Origin: Nitrosopumilales archaeon
Lineage (GTDB): Archaea; Thermoproteota; Nitrososphaeria; Nitrososphaerales; Nitrososphaeraceae
Direction of reading: 5' to 3'
Assembly: GCA_044507735.1 (NCBI GenBank)
Contig: JBIQJB010000001.1
Span: 160,001-224,000 of the forward strand
DNA length: 64,000 nucleotides
Below the pieces are notes generated by a model, which did not search any database, had not been told where the DNA came from, and was given only the letters and a program-made list of their open reading frames with translations. Position 1 is the first letter of the stretch, and every line of letters begins with the position of its first letter. Made by a program: the position numbers and the translations under genes. Below are positions 50,406 through 60,375 of the stretch, piece by piece.

Positions 50406-51368
50406 ATGTCAGAGCCGGAAAGGCGTTTTGAGACAATATCTAACAACGACGTAGTGTGGCTGAACATGCAAAAGCCCACCTTTTCTGACATGACTGCACT
50501 TGGGCAGAAATATCCTTTCCAGAGGCTCAACCTCGAGGACTCGCTTTCAAAGATCCAGATACCAAAGATAGACCGGTATGCTGACCACATCTTTGTCATC
50601 CTGCATTTTCCAACTCCTGACAAGGAAAAGGGCTTTCTCTTTAGCCAGCTTGCAATCTTTATGGGCACTGACTATTTGGTGACTATACATCAGGGTGACT
50701 TGAAGCCGCTTGACGAATTGTTCAACATGTGCAAGAGCGATGAACGACAACGCCAACTGACCATGGGAAAATCCGCCGGCTTTTTGCTCCACAAGATAAT
50801 AGATACTCTGGTGGACGACCTGCTGCACATACTCATGAAAGTTGTGGGAAATATCGACGATGTCGAAGACAGCGTTTTCGACGAGCGAATATCAATCCCG
50901 CGTCAAATCTCCCTCTTGCGCAGGGAAATTACCACGCTCAGGAGAATAGTAACCCCGCTTCGAAGGACCGTAGTCGAACTGTCCAAAGAAGTTCAGCGTT
51001 TTTCAAAAGAGGATCTCACAATCTACTTTAACGACGTTCAGGACCACATCGAGAAGGTGTACGAGACGCTTGAGGAGGCAAAAGAGACTGTCGAAATCTA
51101 CAAAGATACCGACTACATGCTCAGCCAAGAAAAGACTAACAAGATTCTTGCAGTCCTCACCATCATCTTCACTCTATCAATCCCAGCCACCGTTGTTGGG
51201 GCATTTTATGGTATGAATATCAACCTTCCTGGCGGTGTCGAGACCGGTCCCTGGACACAGCTTGGCCCATACACTACCCTGATATTCGTCATAATCGTTT
51301 CTTCATTTTCTGCCCTTCTTATGGTATTTTACTTCAGAAGGCTCGGATGGATGGGACCGTCAATGTAA
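50406..51368 (+). CDS. corA: CorA Mg2+/Co2+ transporter
   Basis: YGMN signature between two C-terminal TM helices. Confidence 0.93.
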   Translation: MSEPERRFETISNNDVVWLNMQKPTFSDMTALGQKYPFQRLNLEDSLSKIQIPKIDRYADHIFVILHFPTPDKEKGFLFSQLAIFMGTDYLVTIHQGDLKPLDELFNMCKSDERQRQLTMGKSAGFLLHKIIDTLVDDLLHILMKVVGNIDDVEDSVFDERISIPRQISLLRREITTLRRIVTPLRRTVVELSKEVQRFSKEDLTIYFNDVQDHIEKVYETLEEAKETVEIYKDTDYMLSQEKTNKILAVLTIIFTLSIPATVVGAFYGMNINLPGGVETGPWTQLGPYTTLIFVIIVSSFSALLMVFYFRRLGWMGPSM

Positions 51369-51428
51369 CTTGGAATGGTTGTGTACATAAGAGGATAAAT
51401 ACTCGCACAATTACAATCTTGTCTGGAA

Positions 51429-52034
51429 TTGGCGGGGACAAGCGGAGGAGACGTGCATGGCTATGTGTGCACTCCTCACGATAAACAGTCCGGCTCTCTG
51501 CTCGCAAGCTGGAAGAAAAGCGATAATGTAGTTGACATCTATTTTGCTACCGCGACCTTTTCAGAAGAGAGCATTCCCTATTTTCCAAACAAGGCCAATC
51601 ACTACCTGCTTGCGTCCTTCAAGGACATGAATGCGATACTGGAAGATATCCAGAAATCCAACATGGATCGCTTGTCATTTATGTTCAGTTTTTCAGGCCC
51701 CCTCTTTGAGCGCAGTGGCGACAGGCTCAACTATGTTTCTCTATACTTTACAAAATATACTAGCGGAGATCCTGCGTTGAGCGACCTTGCAAACGCGATT
51801 GCCCGGCGCGACCGGGTAAAGAAGGCAAGCCTTGCACAAATGCAGCTTTTGGCGGCAGAGCAGCCCAAGTTCGCATTCCCGTATTCGAAGAATCTGGTCA
51901 TTCTCGAAGTCGAGGGCGAAGCTACTCACCAAACCGACCAGAAATACTGCGAGCGCACAAGGCGCGACGTAGCGAGGAAGGGTATTGCACTCAACAACCT
52001 TGTCAGCTTCTCCATCCTTGAAAAGCTCAAGTGA
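51429..52034 (+). CDS. Hypothetical protein
   Basis: 201-aa ORF with natural composition; TAAATA upstream. Confidence 0.7.
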   Translation: MAGTSGGDVHGYVCTPHDKQSGSLLASWKKSDNVVDIYFATATFSEESIPYFPNKANHYLLASFKDMNAILEDIQKSNMDRLSFMFSFSGPLFERSGDRLNYVSLYFTKYTSGDPALSDLANAIARRDRVKKASLAQMQLLAAEQPKFAFPYSKNLVILEVEGEATHQTDQKYCERTRRDVARKGIALNNLVSFSILEKLK

Positions 52035-52494
52035 ACGTCTGCTTCTCTTTAGTTGATTCTACCTGCATTAATCAAATCGCTCAACCATATGTTTGCAACA
52101 ACTAACTAATAGCAAGAAAAAGATCGTATGACTTGGTCCACATGGCGTCATCTTTTTTGCAGTCGGTGATCTGGGATGCCGCCGGCCCCGTGCCGACGCG
52201 AATCACACGCTCTTTCTAACCCTTCTTGTTCATATCCTGTCTCACATGTGCTCCGGCGTTTGTGCTTTCGTTATGGATTCGCTATTTCATCTGCAGTCAG
52301 AGCTCTGTTCTTCATGCAATTATTCTCTTGACAATGCTGGCCATGTGTTTTCCTGCCACCTCAGCTGACTGTGGACTCCCTTAGGCCACTGCCTACAAAG
52401 CCTGTTGATAGTCAAATGTTGATTCCTCAAGCTAACCGGGCGTGTAAGCTAGCTCAAAGCTTAAATATGCAATATTTTCTCTAGCCATTGATTT

Positions 52495-52899
52495 ATGAGC
52501 AAGCCGATGGATCTTGGTGCACTCAAGGTTGGTTCGTACATTGTCATCGACGGCGAACCATGCAGAATTGTTTCATACGATCACAGCAAACCGGGCAAAC
52601 ACGGTTCTGCAAAAGCAAGGATTACGGCCGTGGGAGTCTTTGACGGCAGACCGCATCCATTCGTGGGTCCTGTGTCAACCAAGGTCGAAGTACCACTAAT
52701 TGATAAGCGCAACGGCCAGATCATTTCGAAACAAGGTGACACTCTCCAGATAATGGATCTTGAAACGTTTGAGACCTTTGAGACATCCTCAGTCGAGGAC
52801 GAGATCAAGGAGAAGCTGGCTCAGGGCGACATCCAGGGCCGCGAAGTAGAATACTGGAAGGTCCTTGAGAGGATAAAAATCGTCAGAGTCAAGGGATAA
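52495..52899 (+). CDS. eif5a: Translation factor aIF5A
   Basis: Hypusine motif SKPGKHGSAK. Confidence 0.97.
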   Translation: MSKPMDLGALKVGSYIVIDGEPCRIVSYDHSKPGKHGSAKARITAVGVFDGRPHPFVGPVSTKVEVPLIDKRNGQIISKQGDTLQIMDLETFETFETSSVEDEIKEKLAQGDIQGREVEYWKVLERIKIVRVKG

Positions 52900-53021
52900 A
52901 AGTTCATACAATAGACCAACAGATCGTCCCTTGTGGATGCTGATGAGGTGAAGGAAGAGCCGGCTGACACATCAGTTGATGAGGATTATGAGTCCCGAGG
53001 CATCCATTTCTCTTTTCTCAA

Positions 53022-54422
53022 TCACATCTTTCTCGACCGTGGGTTCAGCATGGTATCAAGGGCGTTTCCGATAAGAACGAATCCAAGGCCGGTTATGGCA
53101 ATCATTACTCCGGGTGGAATTATCCACCACCAAAGGCCCCGCGAGGCTGCACTGGAAGAGTTGGCATCGTGCAGAATCTGACCCCATGTGGGTATCGATG
53201 GGTCACCAAGTCCCAGAAAGCTCACTGCTGATTCTGCAAGGATTGCGCTGGGCACTGCTATGGCAATGCTGGCAAATGTGAGTGGCAGCAGCTGCGGGAT
53301 GATGTGCTTGAAGATTATCTTTGTGTCAGACTGGCCCATCAGCTTTGCAGCCTCGACATATTGCATGTTTTTTAACTGAAGTGCAAGGCTTCTGCTTATT
53401 TTTGCCATCCCGACCCAGCTAAAGATGACAAGGAAACCTGTGATGAGGAAGATGCTTCTGCCGACTGTGACTGACAGTATGATTAGCAGCGGAAGTGTAG
53501 GAAGCGAGTAAAAGATGTCGTTTATGCGCATCAGCCCTTCATCCGTGCGGTTGCCCTTGTAGCCTGCATAGACACCATAAATTAGACCAATCAGGATGGC
53601 TACAACCGATACTGTGATTCCGATAAAAAGCGCGACAGGCGCACCCCACAAGATGCCTATCGCAAGGTCACGCCGGTGCTCATCCGTGCCCATAAGGCCA
53701 TAGACCTTTCCCCCTAGAATTACGCCAGAATTTGTCACGGTGTCCTGTGGATCAAACAGGTAGAACGTTTCTCTGATCGTATATGTTCCCTTTAGCACCT
53801 TGTTTTCATTAGCATCTGAAAAAATCATCACCTGCGGCCTTGATTGGTCTTGCGTGTACGAAAAGATGCTCCTGTAGGGACCCAAGTTCTGCGCTATTGT
53901 CCTGTCTGTTGCAAACACTCGTCCCGAGAACTCGCTTCCGCCCTGCTGGGCGGGCGGCAAAGAGGCGAAATATATCCGAAACTCGTTTCCATCTGGCCGT
54001 ACGACATCAATCTGGAGTACCGGTTGGGTGCTGCCATATTTTGCAGAGTAGAGCAACATAAAGTCGCTCGGGAATGCATCATAGTTGAAGTTGATGTTGT
54101 ATGAATGAGTTACAGTCCGCATGCCGTCTTGCACTGCATTTGTTACCACGGCGTCGCTTGATGTCATGACTATGTGCTCGGGCACCTTCGGTCCAAATCC
54201 GATGTTTGTCCAAGCCGGCGCAGCCGCTCTGGGCAGGTCGATCCAGAAATTTGGGTTGTTCCATTGCCTAAAAGATTCCAGTGGAACCGCCAAGGCAGAG
54301 TAAATAGTCATTGCGATGAGCCCCAGAAGCATGATTGCCCCTGCAGTCCCGCTCTTTGATTTGCGAAACTCTCGGAGTATTTCGTACTTTGAAATTGCCC
54401 TAGCAAAAGTTGCTTTTGTCAT
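53022..54422 (-). CDS. Peptide ABC permease (DppC/OppC)
   Basis: LMGTDEHRRD, YVEAAKLMG, LGLGDP...WG. Confidence 0.92.
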   Translation of the reverse strand: MTKATFARAISKYEILREFRKSKSGTAGAIMLLGLIAMTIYSALAVPLESFRQWNNPNFWIDLPRAAAPAWTNIGFGPKVPEHIVMTSSDAVVTNAVQDGMRTVTHSYNINFNYDAFPSDFMLLYSAKYGSTQPVLQIDVVRPDGNEFRIYFASLPPAQQGGSEFSGRVFATDRTIAQNLGPYRSIFSYTQDQSRPQVMIFSDANENKVLKGTYTIRETFYLFDPQDTVTNSGVILGGKVYGLMGTDEHRRDLAIGILWGAPVALFIGITVSVVAILIGLIYGVYAGYKGNRTDEGLMRINDIFYSLPTLPLLIILSVTVGRSIFLITGFLVIFSWVGMAKISRSLALQLKNMQYVEAAKLMGQSDTKIIFKHIIPQLLPLTFASIAIAVPSAILAESAVSFLGLGDPSIPTWGQILHDANSSSAASRGLWWWIIPPGVMIAITGLGFVLIGNALDTMLNPRSRKM

Positions 54423-55468
54423 GCAGTGACTTTCACTCTCGGGTCAAAGTAGGCGTAAATGATGTCCGTGGCAAAAACGGTGATCACAAAGATTACTGTA
54501 GAGACATACGTCAGACCAATGATGACAGGCACATCCATGAAACTAATCGCCTTGTAATACAGGCTACCCATCCCGGGCCAGTCGAATACTGCCTCTATGG
54601 TTATCGCCCCGCTGAACGATCCAGCAAGGCTCAGCGCGATAACGGTCACTATGGGTGGGGCGGCGTTTTTCAATGCATGGGAGTAGAGGATCTTTCTTTC
54701 TGGTATCCCTGCAGTCTTTTTTGCCGCTATATAGTCCTCGGCAAGCACTCCCACCAAAAAGTACCGCACGGTATAGGCCCACGAACCAAAGCTTACGAGC
54801 ACAATTGTTATCAGGGGCAGCACCATGTGCCAGAGAAGGTCGAGAACATAAGCAGGATCGGACGGCGGAGTCAGTGGAGTAGACCGAGCAGGAAATATGT
54901 GATAGGTGAAGGCAAATGCAAAGATCATTAGCATCCCTACCCACCATGTGGGGAAGCTTCCTGAAAAAACTGCAAATGCGGAGTTTAGCCTGTCCGGAAG
55001 CGAGCCCGCCCTGTTGGCCACATACGCCCCGAGGTAGATCCCGATAACGGTCACTATTAGCGTAGTTGTTGTAAACAGAAGTACTGTTTTGGGCAGCCTT
55101 TCAAGGATGATGTCTCGCACATTCTGCGAGCCGCTGTCGCTTGTGAGAAAGCTCGACTTGCCAAGGTCAAGCACCATTACCTTGAGTACGGTATTGGTGA
55201 ATCGCTTTGGAGAATACCACGGTTCGTCAAGTCCAAGGTACTGAGTCTGGCGTTCGACCTCTGCATCGATGTATTTCTGCCTGTCGGCGGTATTTTGAAA
55301 CTTGATATCCTTGTGGATGATTTCTTCAGTGACATAGTACTTTACGGCGTCCACTAGTATGCGGTCCATCGTCGGTCCGAGGAGGGCAATGGTGAGGACG
55401 AGGGTGGCAAAGAGGACTACTATCATGTTTATTGAACGCTTTATTAGAAAGCGACCAAAGCCACCCAA
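54419..55468 (-). CDS. Peptide ABC permease (DppB/OppB)
   Basis: DLGKS, HALKNA, EAVFDWPGMG, FDPRVK. Confidence 0.92.
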   Translation of the reverse strand: MGGFGRFLIKRSINMIVVLFATLVLTIALLGPTMDRILVDAVKYYVTEEIIHKDIKFQNTADRQKYIDAEVERQTQYLGLDEPWYSPKRFTNTVLKVMVLDLGKSSFLTSDSGSQNVRDIILERLPKTVLLFTTTTLIVTVIGIYLGAYVANRAGSLPDRLNSAFAVFSGSFPTWWVGMLMIFAFAFTYHIFPARSTPLTPPSDPAYVLDLLWHMVLPLITIVLVSFGSWAYTVRYFLVGVLAEDYIAAKKTAGIPERKILYSHALKNAAPPIVTVIALSLAGSFSGAITIEAVFDWPGMGSLYYKAISFMDVPVIIGLTYVSTVIFVITVFATDIIYAYFDPRVKVTA

Positions 55469-55509
55469 TGTGATGTATCCTGCCCCTGGGTACAGTGTAC
55501 TTTTTTCTA

Positions 55510-58500
55510 TTAATATCTGCTTGTACTATTGATTTTCTTGTAGGCGGCCCTGACAAGCCTACCGGAGGCAACTGCCGAAGCACTTGCTATCGAGATGACA
55601 AAGAGGGATGTGCCTATGGACAGCAGCATTGTGGAACCGCCAGCCATGCCTATTGCAATGAGGATGGCAGCTGCAGCCACCGCCATCAGGGCTATCTTGA
55701 CAGCGATCCTGAACCTGTCCTGGAGCCTGGAAGAGAGTGTTACAGGCCACAGATAGACTGCCCCTATTAGTGAGCTTGCAGTGACGCCTGCAATTATCGA
55801 GCCGAGCTCGCCACCAGCTATTGAAAATGATCTTTCAGCTGCGGTCAATATCCCAAACAGAGGATACAATAATGATCTCACAGTTGCCTGCAGCCACGGC
55901 TGCTCTCTTTCATAATCTGCAACCTGTGGGCTGAATGAGTAATATACAGAGTTGAATGCATTCATGAATGCAGCGCCTGATGCAGTCGACAGTATGTACT
56001 GTTCTCTAAAATTGCGCAGGTACTGAACCTGCGGGGTGAGCTCAGAGCCAAACGCTGCTGTTGCGATAAGACATCCGGATGGTTGCTGCTCGGGCTGCTG
56101 TTGTTGCTGTTGCTGCTGGTCGCCACTCTGGTTTTGCATCTGGCCGCCGCTGGTGATCGTTGTTGCCAGGATTGTATTTTCCGTGATATCGGGGCGCAAT
56201 GCGTCATAGCTGTTGGCAAATACGCGCAACTTGGTTGGACCTGGTGAAAGTCTAGATGTCTCTTCGCCAGATATGTTGATGAGGAATTCGCCCGCGTTGC
56301 TGGAGGACGCTTCGGACTTGCCCTTGATCGCAATCTTGCCGTCCTTGTCAAAAATGAAATAGTCTACCGTCGCGTTGCTGTTTGGCTCGCCGCTGATTTC
56401 CACGTTGACTGTCATGGAAACTGGTTGGCCTATTGATATGGGACTTGTATTGACCGATACAATTTCCGCCAGTCTGGGCGTCTCATATTCTGTAAAAGCA
56501 CCAACTTCAAATGGATATGAGTCGTCCCTGAATGCCTTAATTGTAATTACTTTTCCTGCCGCGTTGTAGCTGTCAAGGTAGAACGCACCGTTGCCAATCA
56601 CCGCATTGCGATGCTGGTTGATCCAGGCGATGCTTGCATCATATCGTCTCACGGCCTCCTCTGCACTGACAATGCCTTGAAGGGCAGGAGGGACAAAGTT
56701 TTCATTTTTCATCTTTTGGAGCTCGGCCTTGATTGCATCCGCATGTTCTGGAAGTATCGGGTCAAGCCACTTGGCATCCTTTGCAGTCGCCTGACTGCGC
56801 GAAAACGCAAATTCACCAGACTTGACCAGTCTTTCAGAAGCGGCCATTATTTCCCACGGCTCCGTGGCCCAAATAGTGGCCGAGTCCGCGATCTCTTTCT
56901 CATCGTAGTGCCACTGATCTAAATAACTCTCCACTGTATCATTGTCAATGAATCTGATTCCCTTAACGAGCGGGATCGCTACCTGTGCCTGTGTTGTGAA
57001 CTCTGGATCTACTGTCAAGTCGCCAGGGCCAGAGTTGGTTCCCCATTCGAACATAAAGTATTCTACGTACCAGAGGTCAGATCTGTCCATCGGAATGCCG
57101 TGGTGCCAATTGGAAAATAGCAGGTCGAATGTTACTTTGCTCATGGATCGGCCACTTCTTTCTTGCTTCCACTCTTGAGACTCGGGATCCCAGACTAGCG
57201 CGTCTTTGGGAACGTCAAGCCGGTCGGTTGGCCCTTTTGTCTCTACCGAGGTCCATTTTGCCCTCTGGGGGATTACTTCTCCTGTGTGAGGGTGCCGGAA
57301 CGTCGCAGTGTCTACCAGAGAATAATAAATGTCAGTGCTGTATGCGTCGTTAAGACCTGCTACGGGGTTCCAGGAACCTTGGTGGATGAGTTTGACTCCA
57401 ACCTTGAGCGAATTTCCACCGGGGATCCGGGCATTGAGCGCCGAGTACTTGCTCGTTATTCCGGCGCCAAAGTCATTGACCAGGCCCTCTACATCCGAAG
57501 CCGCCACAAGCGGCTCGGTCTTTTGTGCAACGAAAATCCTTACAGATTCTTGTATGCCTGCCTGCACGCCCCGTTTCAACAGATCGTTTCGCTCCTCCTC
57601 TGAGGTAAAGTTAAAGAAGACTACTCTCTGGGTTACCTCGTCAAGCGTCGAATTCTGGTAGTTCCAGAAAGCGGGGTTCTGGGATCCGGGCATCCTGCCG
57701 AACCACGGGGCATACATTTGGGCAACAATTATGGGATTGTACTTCGCGAAAGCAGAAGACCCTGCAAAACCTTCTGTGTAAATGTGCCACTGAAGATCTG
57801 CCGGATTGGACCCATACACGACAGTAGTGGCCTTGTTGAGGTCTCCATAATCTTTCTGGATGGTAAAGCCGATCTCTTCAAGCAGGGACGAGAGCAACTC
57901 GCCCATTGCGGCTCTTGACGCGTCGTCCTGCCTTATCATGATCTTAATAGTTATCGGGTTGCCCTTGTACATCCATTTGCCGTTTTCCTTGGTTGCGCCA
58001 GCAGCAGTCAAAGCCTCGGTTATCATGCTCTCCGCAAGAACTGGATTGTGCCTGAAGCCAAATGATTCTACGGTGTCTATTACATTTAGATATTCTGGCG
58101 AATATGTTCCATATGGGTCAACCATTGGGCTTCCGTAGCCCTTCAGCACTTCGTCTACCACAAAGTCGCGATCCACCAGGTAGTTCAGCGCGTACCTCAC
58201 TTCTCTGAACTGGAATGGGTTGAGAATGTTGTCATTCGCTGCAGGTGCTGGATTGACAAATAGCCCCATTGATCCGGCGGTCCTCTCATAGACATTCAGC
58301 CTCGGATCATTCTTGGCGTCGTCTGCAGCTTCAAGCGGGATCCTGAAATAATACACGTCAAGTGCGCCTGATCTGACTTCCTGTAGCGCAAGATCCTCGT
58401 TCTCGCGCTCGATAAACTGCACTTGGTTGACATACGAACCCTTCTCCTCTCCTGCAGCTTGGCTGAACGAGGGCAGGGAAGTAACTGTGACTGTGGTAGA

Positions 58501-58614
58501 AATGAGTAAAATGATGGCAACTATTGCTGAAACCCGCGTTATTGGTGCTCTGTGCACTGTTGAGTGTGTTCTAGCTGGTGCTAATATAGTTTTCAGTGAA
58601 GCTAGCTGCCTCAT
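55510..58614 (-). CDS. Peptide ABC substrate-binding protein with C-terminal CFI-box-CTERM domain
   Basis: SBP family 5 (NPFQFREVRYALNYLVDR); poly-Q linker; GCLIATAAFGSELTPQVQYLRNFR followed by TM helices. Confidence 0.9.
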   Translation of the reverse strand: MRQLASLKTILAPARTHSTVHRAPITRVSAIVAIILLISTTVTVTSLPSFSQAAGEEKGSYVNQVQFIERENEDLALQEVRSGALDVYYFRIPLEAADDAKNDPRLNVYERTAGSMGLFVNPAPAANDNILNPFQFREVRYALNYLVDRDFVVDEVLKGYGSPMVDPYGTYSPEYLNVIDTVESFGFRHNPVLAESMITEALTAAGATKENGKWMYKGNPITIKIMIRQDDASRAAMGELLSSLLEEIGFTIQKDYGDLNKATTVVYGSNPADLQWHIYTEGFAGSSAFAKYNPIIVAQMYAPWFGRMPGSQNPAFWNYQNSTLDEVTQRVVFFNFTSEEERNDLLKRGVQAGIQESVRIFVAQKTEPLVAASDVEGLVNDFGAGITSKYSALNARIPGGNSLKVGVKLIHQGSWNPVAGLNDAYSTDIYYSLVDTATFRHPHTGEVIPQRAKWTSVETKGPTDRLDVPKDALVWDPESQEWKQERSGRSMSKVTFDLLFSNWHHGIPMDRSDLWYVEYFMFEWGTNSGPGDLTVDPEFTTQAQVAIPLVKGIRFIDNDTVESYLDQWHYDEKEIADSATIWATEPWEIMAASERLVKSGEFAFSRSQATAKDAKWLDPILPEHADAIKAELQKMKNENFVPPALQGIVSAEEAVRRYDASIAWINQHRNAVIGNGAFYLDSYNAAGKVITIKAFRDDSYPFEVGAFTEYETPRLAEIVSVNTSPISIGQPVSMTVNVEISGEPNSNATVDYFIFDKDGKIAIKGKSEASSSNAGEFLINISGEETSRLSPGPTKLRVFANSYDALRPDITENTILATTITSGGQMQNQSGDQQQQQQQQPEQQPSGCLIATAAFGSELTPQVQYLRNFREQYILSTASGAAFMNAFNSVYYSFSPQVADYEREQPWLQATVRSLLYPLFGILTAAERSFSIAGGELGSIIAGVTASSLIGAVYLWPVTLSSRLQDRFRIAVKIALMAVAAAAILIAIGMAGGSTMLLSIGTSLFVISIASASAVASGRLVRAAYKKINSTSRY
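56095..56118 (-). repeat. CAG/CAA tract encoding Q8 linker
   Basis: ctgctgttgttgctgttgctgctg on the + strand. Confidence 0.7.
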
Positions 58615-59421
58615 TCATGAAGGAGGCTCTGGTATGGCCGAGATAAGGTTCTTAGTATATGGGTGGTACGGGTCTGATAGAACTCTATCTATGGGGCCCA
58701 TCTCGACTATCTTGCCTGATCTCATGATTGCAATCTCGTCGCCCACATATCGGGCGGTTGATAGATCGTGCGTTATGTAAATGTAAGATATGTCAAACCT
58801 CTCCTTCAGATCCTCCATAAGCTCAAGTATTTCGCCCCTCACAGACACGTCCAACATCGACACGGGTTCGTCCGCAACTATTAGCCTAGGGCGGAGGACG
58901 AGAGCTCTTGCTATTGCGACTCTCTGCCTCTGCCCACCAGACAACATGTGCGGCAGCCTGCCAGCGATCTCTTCTGCTTCTAGCCTAACTTCGCGGAGAG
59001 CCGCATATACTCTCTCCATTTTTTGCTCCTTTGAGCTCGCCTTGTCGTGTATGTTGACTGGCTCCATTATAATGTCTAATATCTTCATTCGAGGGTTGAG
59101 TGACGCGTACGGATCCTGGTAGACCATCTGGACTTTGGTCCTAAAGTCCTTCAACTGCCTACCTGTGAAATGTGTAACATCTTGACCTTCAAAGATTATC
59201 GAGCCACTATCCGGGTCAGTTGCCCGCATGACCAGTCTTGCGACCGTAGTCTTGCCAGATCCAGACTCGCCTGCCAGCACTAGCACCTTTCCCTTCTCCA
59301 GTGCGAAGCTGACATCGTCGACAGCTCTGACAAAGTCCTCACCAGGACTCTTCTGCAAAAGCTGGCGGAGGCTCTTCTTGACTGGGAAGTATTTTCGGAG
59401 GTTTCTGGCCTCGAGTAGCAT
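58615..59421 (-). CDS. Peptide ABC ATP-binding protein (DppF/OppF)
   Basis: GESGSGKTT, LSGGQRQR, ADEPVSMLD, HPYT. Confidence 0.93.
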   Translation of the reverse strand: MLLEARNLRKYFPVKKSLRQLLQKSPGEDFVRAVDDVSFALEKGKVLVLAGESGSGKTTVARLVMRATDPDSGSIIFEGQDVTHFTGRQLKDFRTKVQMVYQDPYASLNPRMKILDIIMEPVNIHDKASSKEQKMERVYAALREVRLEAEEIAGRLPHMLSGGQRQRVAIARALVLRPRLIVADEPVSMLDVSVRGEILELMEDLKERFDISYIYITHDLSTARYVGDEIAIMRSGKIVEMGPIDRVLSDPYHPYTKNLISAIPEPPS

Positions 59422-59683
59422 GGCATTCAAATTGCTCTGCAGCCTCAAGTTGTCACACTGGAGATATAAACAGTGGGCTAGCATGTTTAGTTGCAATAAC
59501 CTGAATTAAGCAAGTAGAGTCAGAGGGAACGCGCCAAGAGTCCATAGTTCGGAAACTTGTCTCGCGATTCCGGTGCTTGAAACATTCAGCAATAGCGATG
59601 CTTTAGAGTCAAGCCGCGAAGCAGCTAGCGAGCATGCACACACACAAAGTTGGTTAATATTAAGCGGAATTGCCAGTTCTGTT

Positions 59684-60370
59684 GTGAGGCTGGCAGCGCT
59701 CTATTCCGGGGGCAAGGACAGCACATTTGCAATTTTCCGCGCAAAGGAAATGAAACATCAGATCGCCTGCCTGATTGCCATGCATCCTGACTCAGACGAC
59801 AGCTTGCTCTTTCACTATCCAAATAGCTGGGTAACAAGGTTCCTTGCAGAGGCAATGCAGCTCCCAGTTGTGGAATTTGAGATTAAAGGAAAGTCAAGGG
59901 AGGATGAAGTAGAAGCGCTACGAGAGGCAACGGCGCAGGCAAAATCCCGCTATGGCATCCAGGGGGTTGTTTACGGCGGTATTGCAAGCAACTTTCAAAA
60001 GCGCGCCTTTGAAGAGGCATGCAGCATGCACGGACTTGCCGCAGTAGCCCCTCTGTGGAACATCGAGCCAGAAGGGTACATGAAAGAACTGATCCAGTTG
60101 GGCTTTGATGTTCTAATAGTCGGGGTGTCCGCTATGGGGCTTGACAAAGAGTGGCTTGGCCAGCAGCTCAACGAGACGTCTCTAGCCAGGCTGATCGCCC
60201 TTTCCAAAAAATACGGCTTTAATCTCACGTTTGAAGGAGGCGAGGCCGAGACTCTGGTAGTCGATTGCCCACTTTATAGCAAGAAGCTGAGAATAAACGC
60301 GGCCAACACCCACTGGGACGGGCAGAGGGGAATATTTGAAATACAGGACGTGTCATTAGTAGGCAAGTAG
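59684..60370 (+). CDS. dph6: Diphthine--ammonia ligase (Dph6)
   Basis: LYSGGKDS PP-loop, APLW, EGGEAETLVVDCP. Confidence 0.9.
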   Translation: MRLAALYSGGKDSTFAIFRAKEMKHQIACLIAMHPDSDDSLLFHYPNSWVTRFLAEAMQLPVVEFEIKGKSREDEVEALREATAQAKSRYGIQGVVYGGIASNFQKRAFEEACSMHGLAAVAPLWNIEPEGYMKELIQLGFDVLIVGVSAMGLDKEWLGQQLNETSLARLIALSKKYGFNLTFEGGEAETLVVDCPLYSKKLRINAANTHWDGQRGIFEIQDVSLVGK

Positions 60371-60375
60371 CGGTA

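Noticed and set aside
52035-52450. Long spacer upstream of aIF5A as possible ncRNA or gene remnant
   Set aside because: No convincing stem set or intact ORF found by eye.
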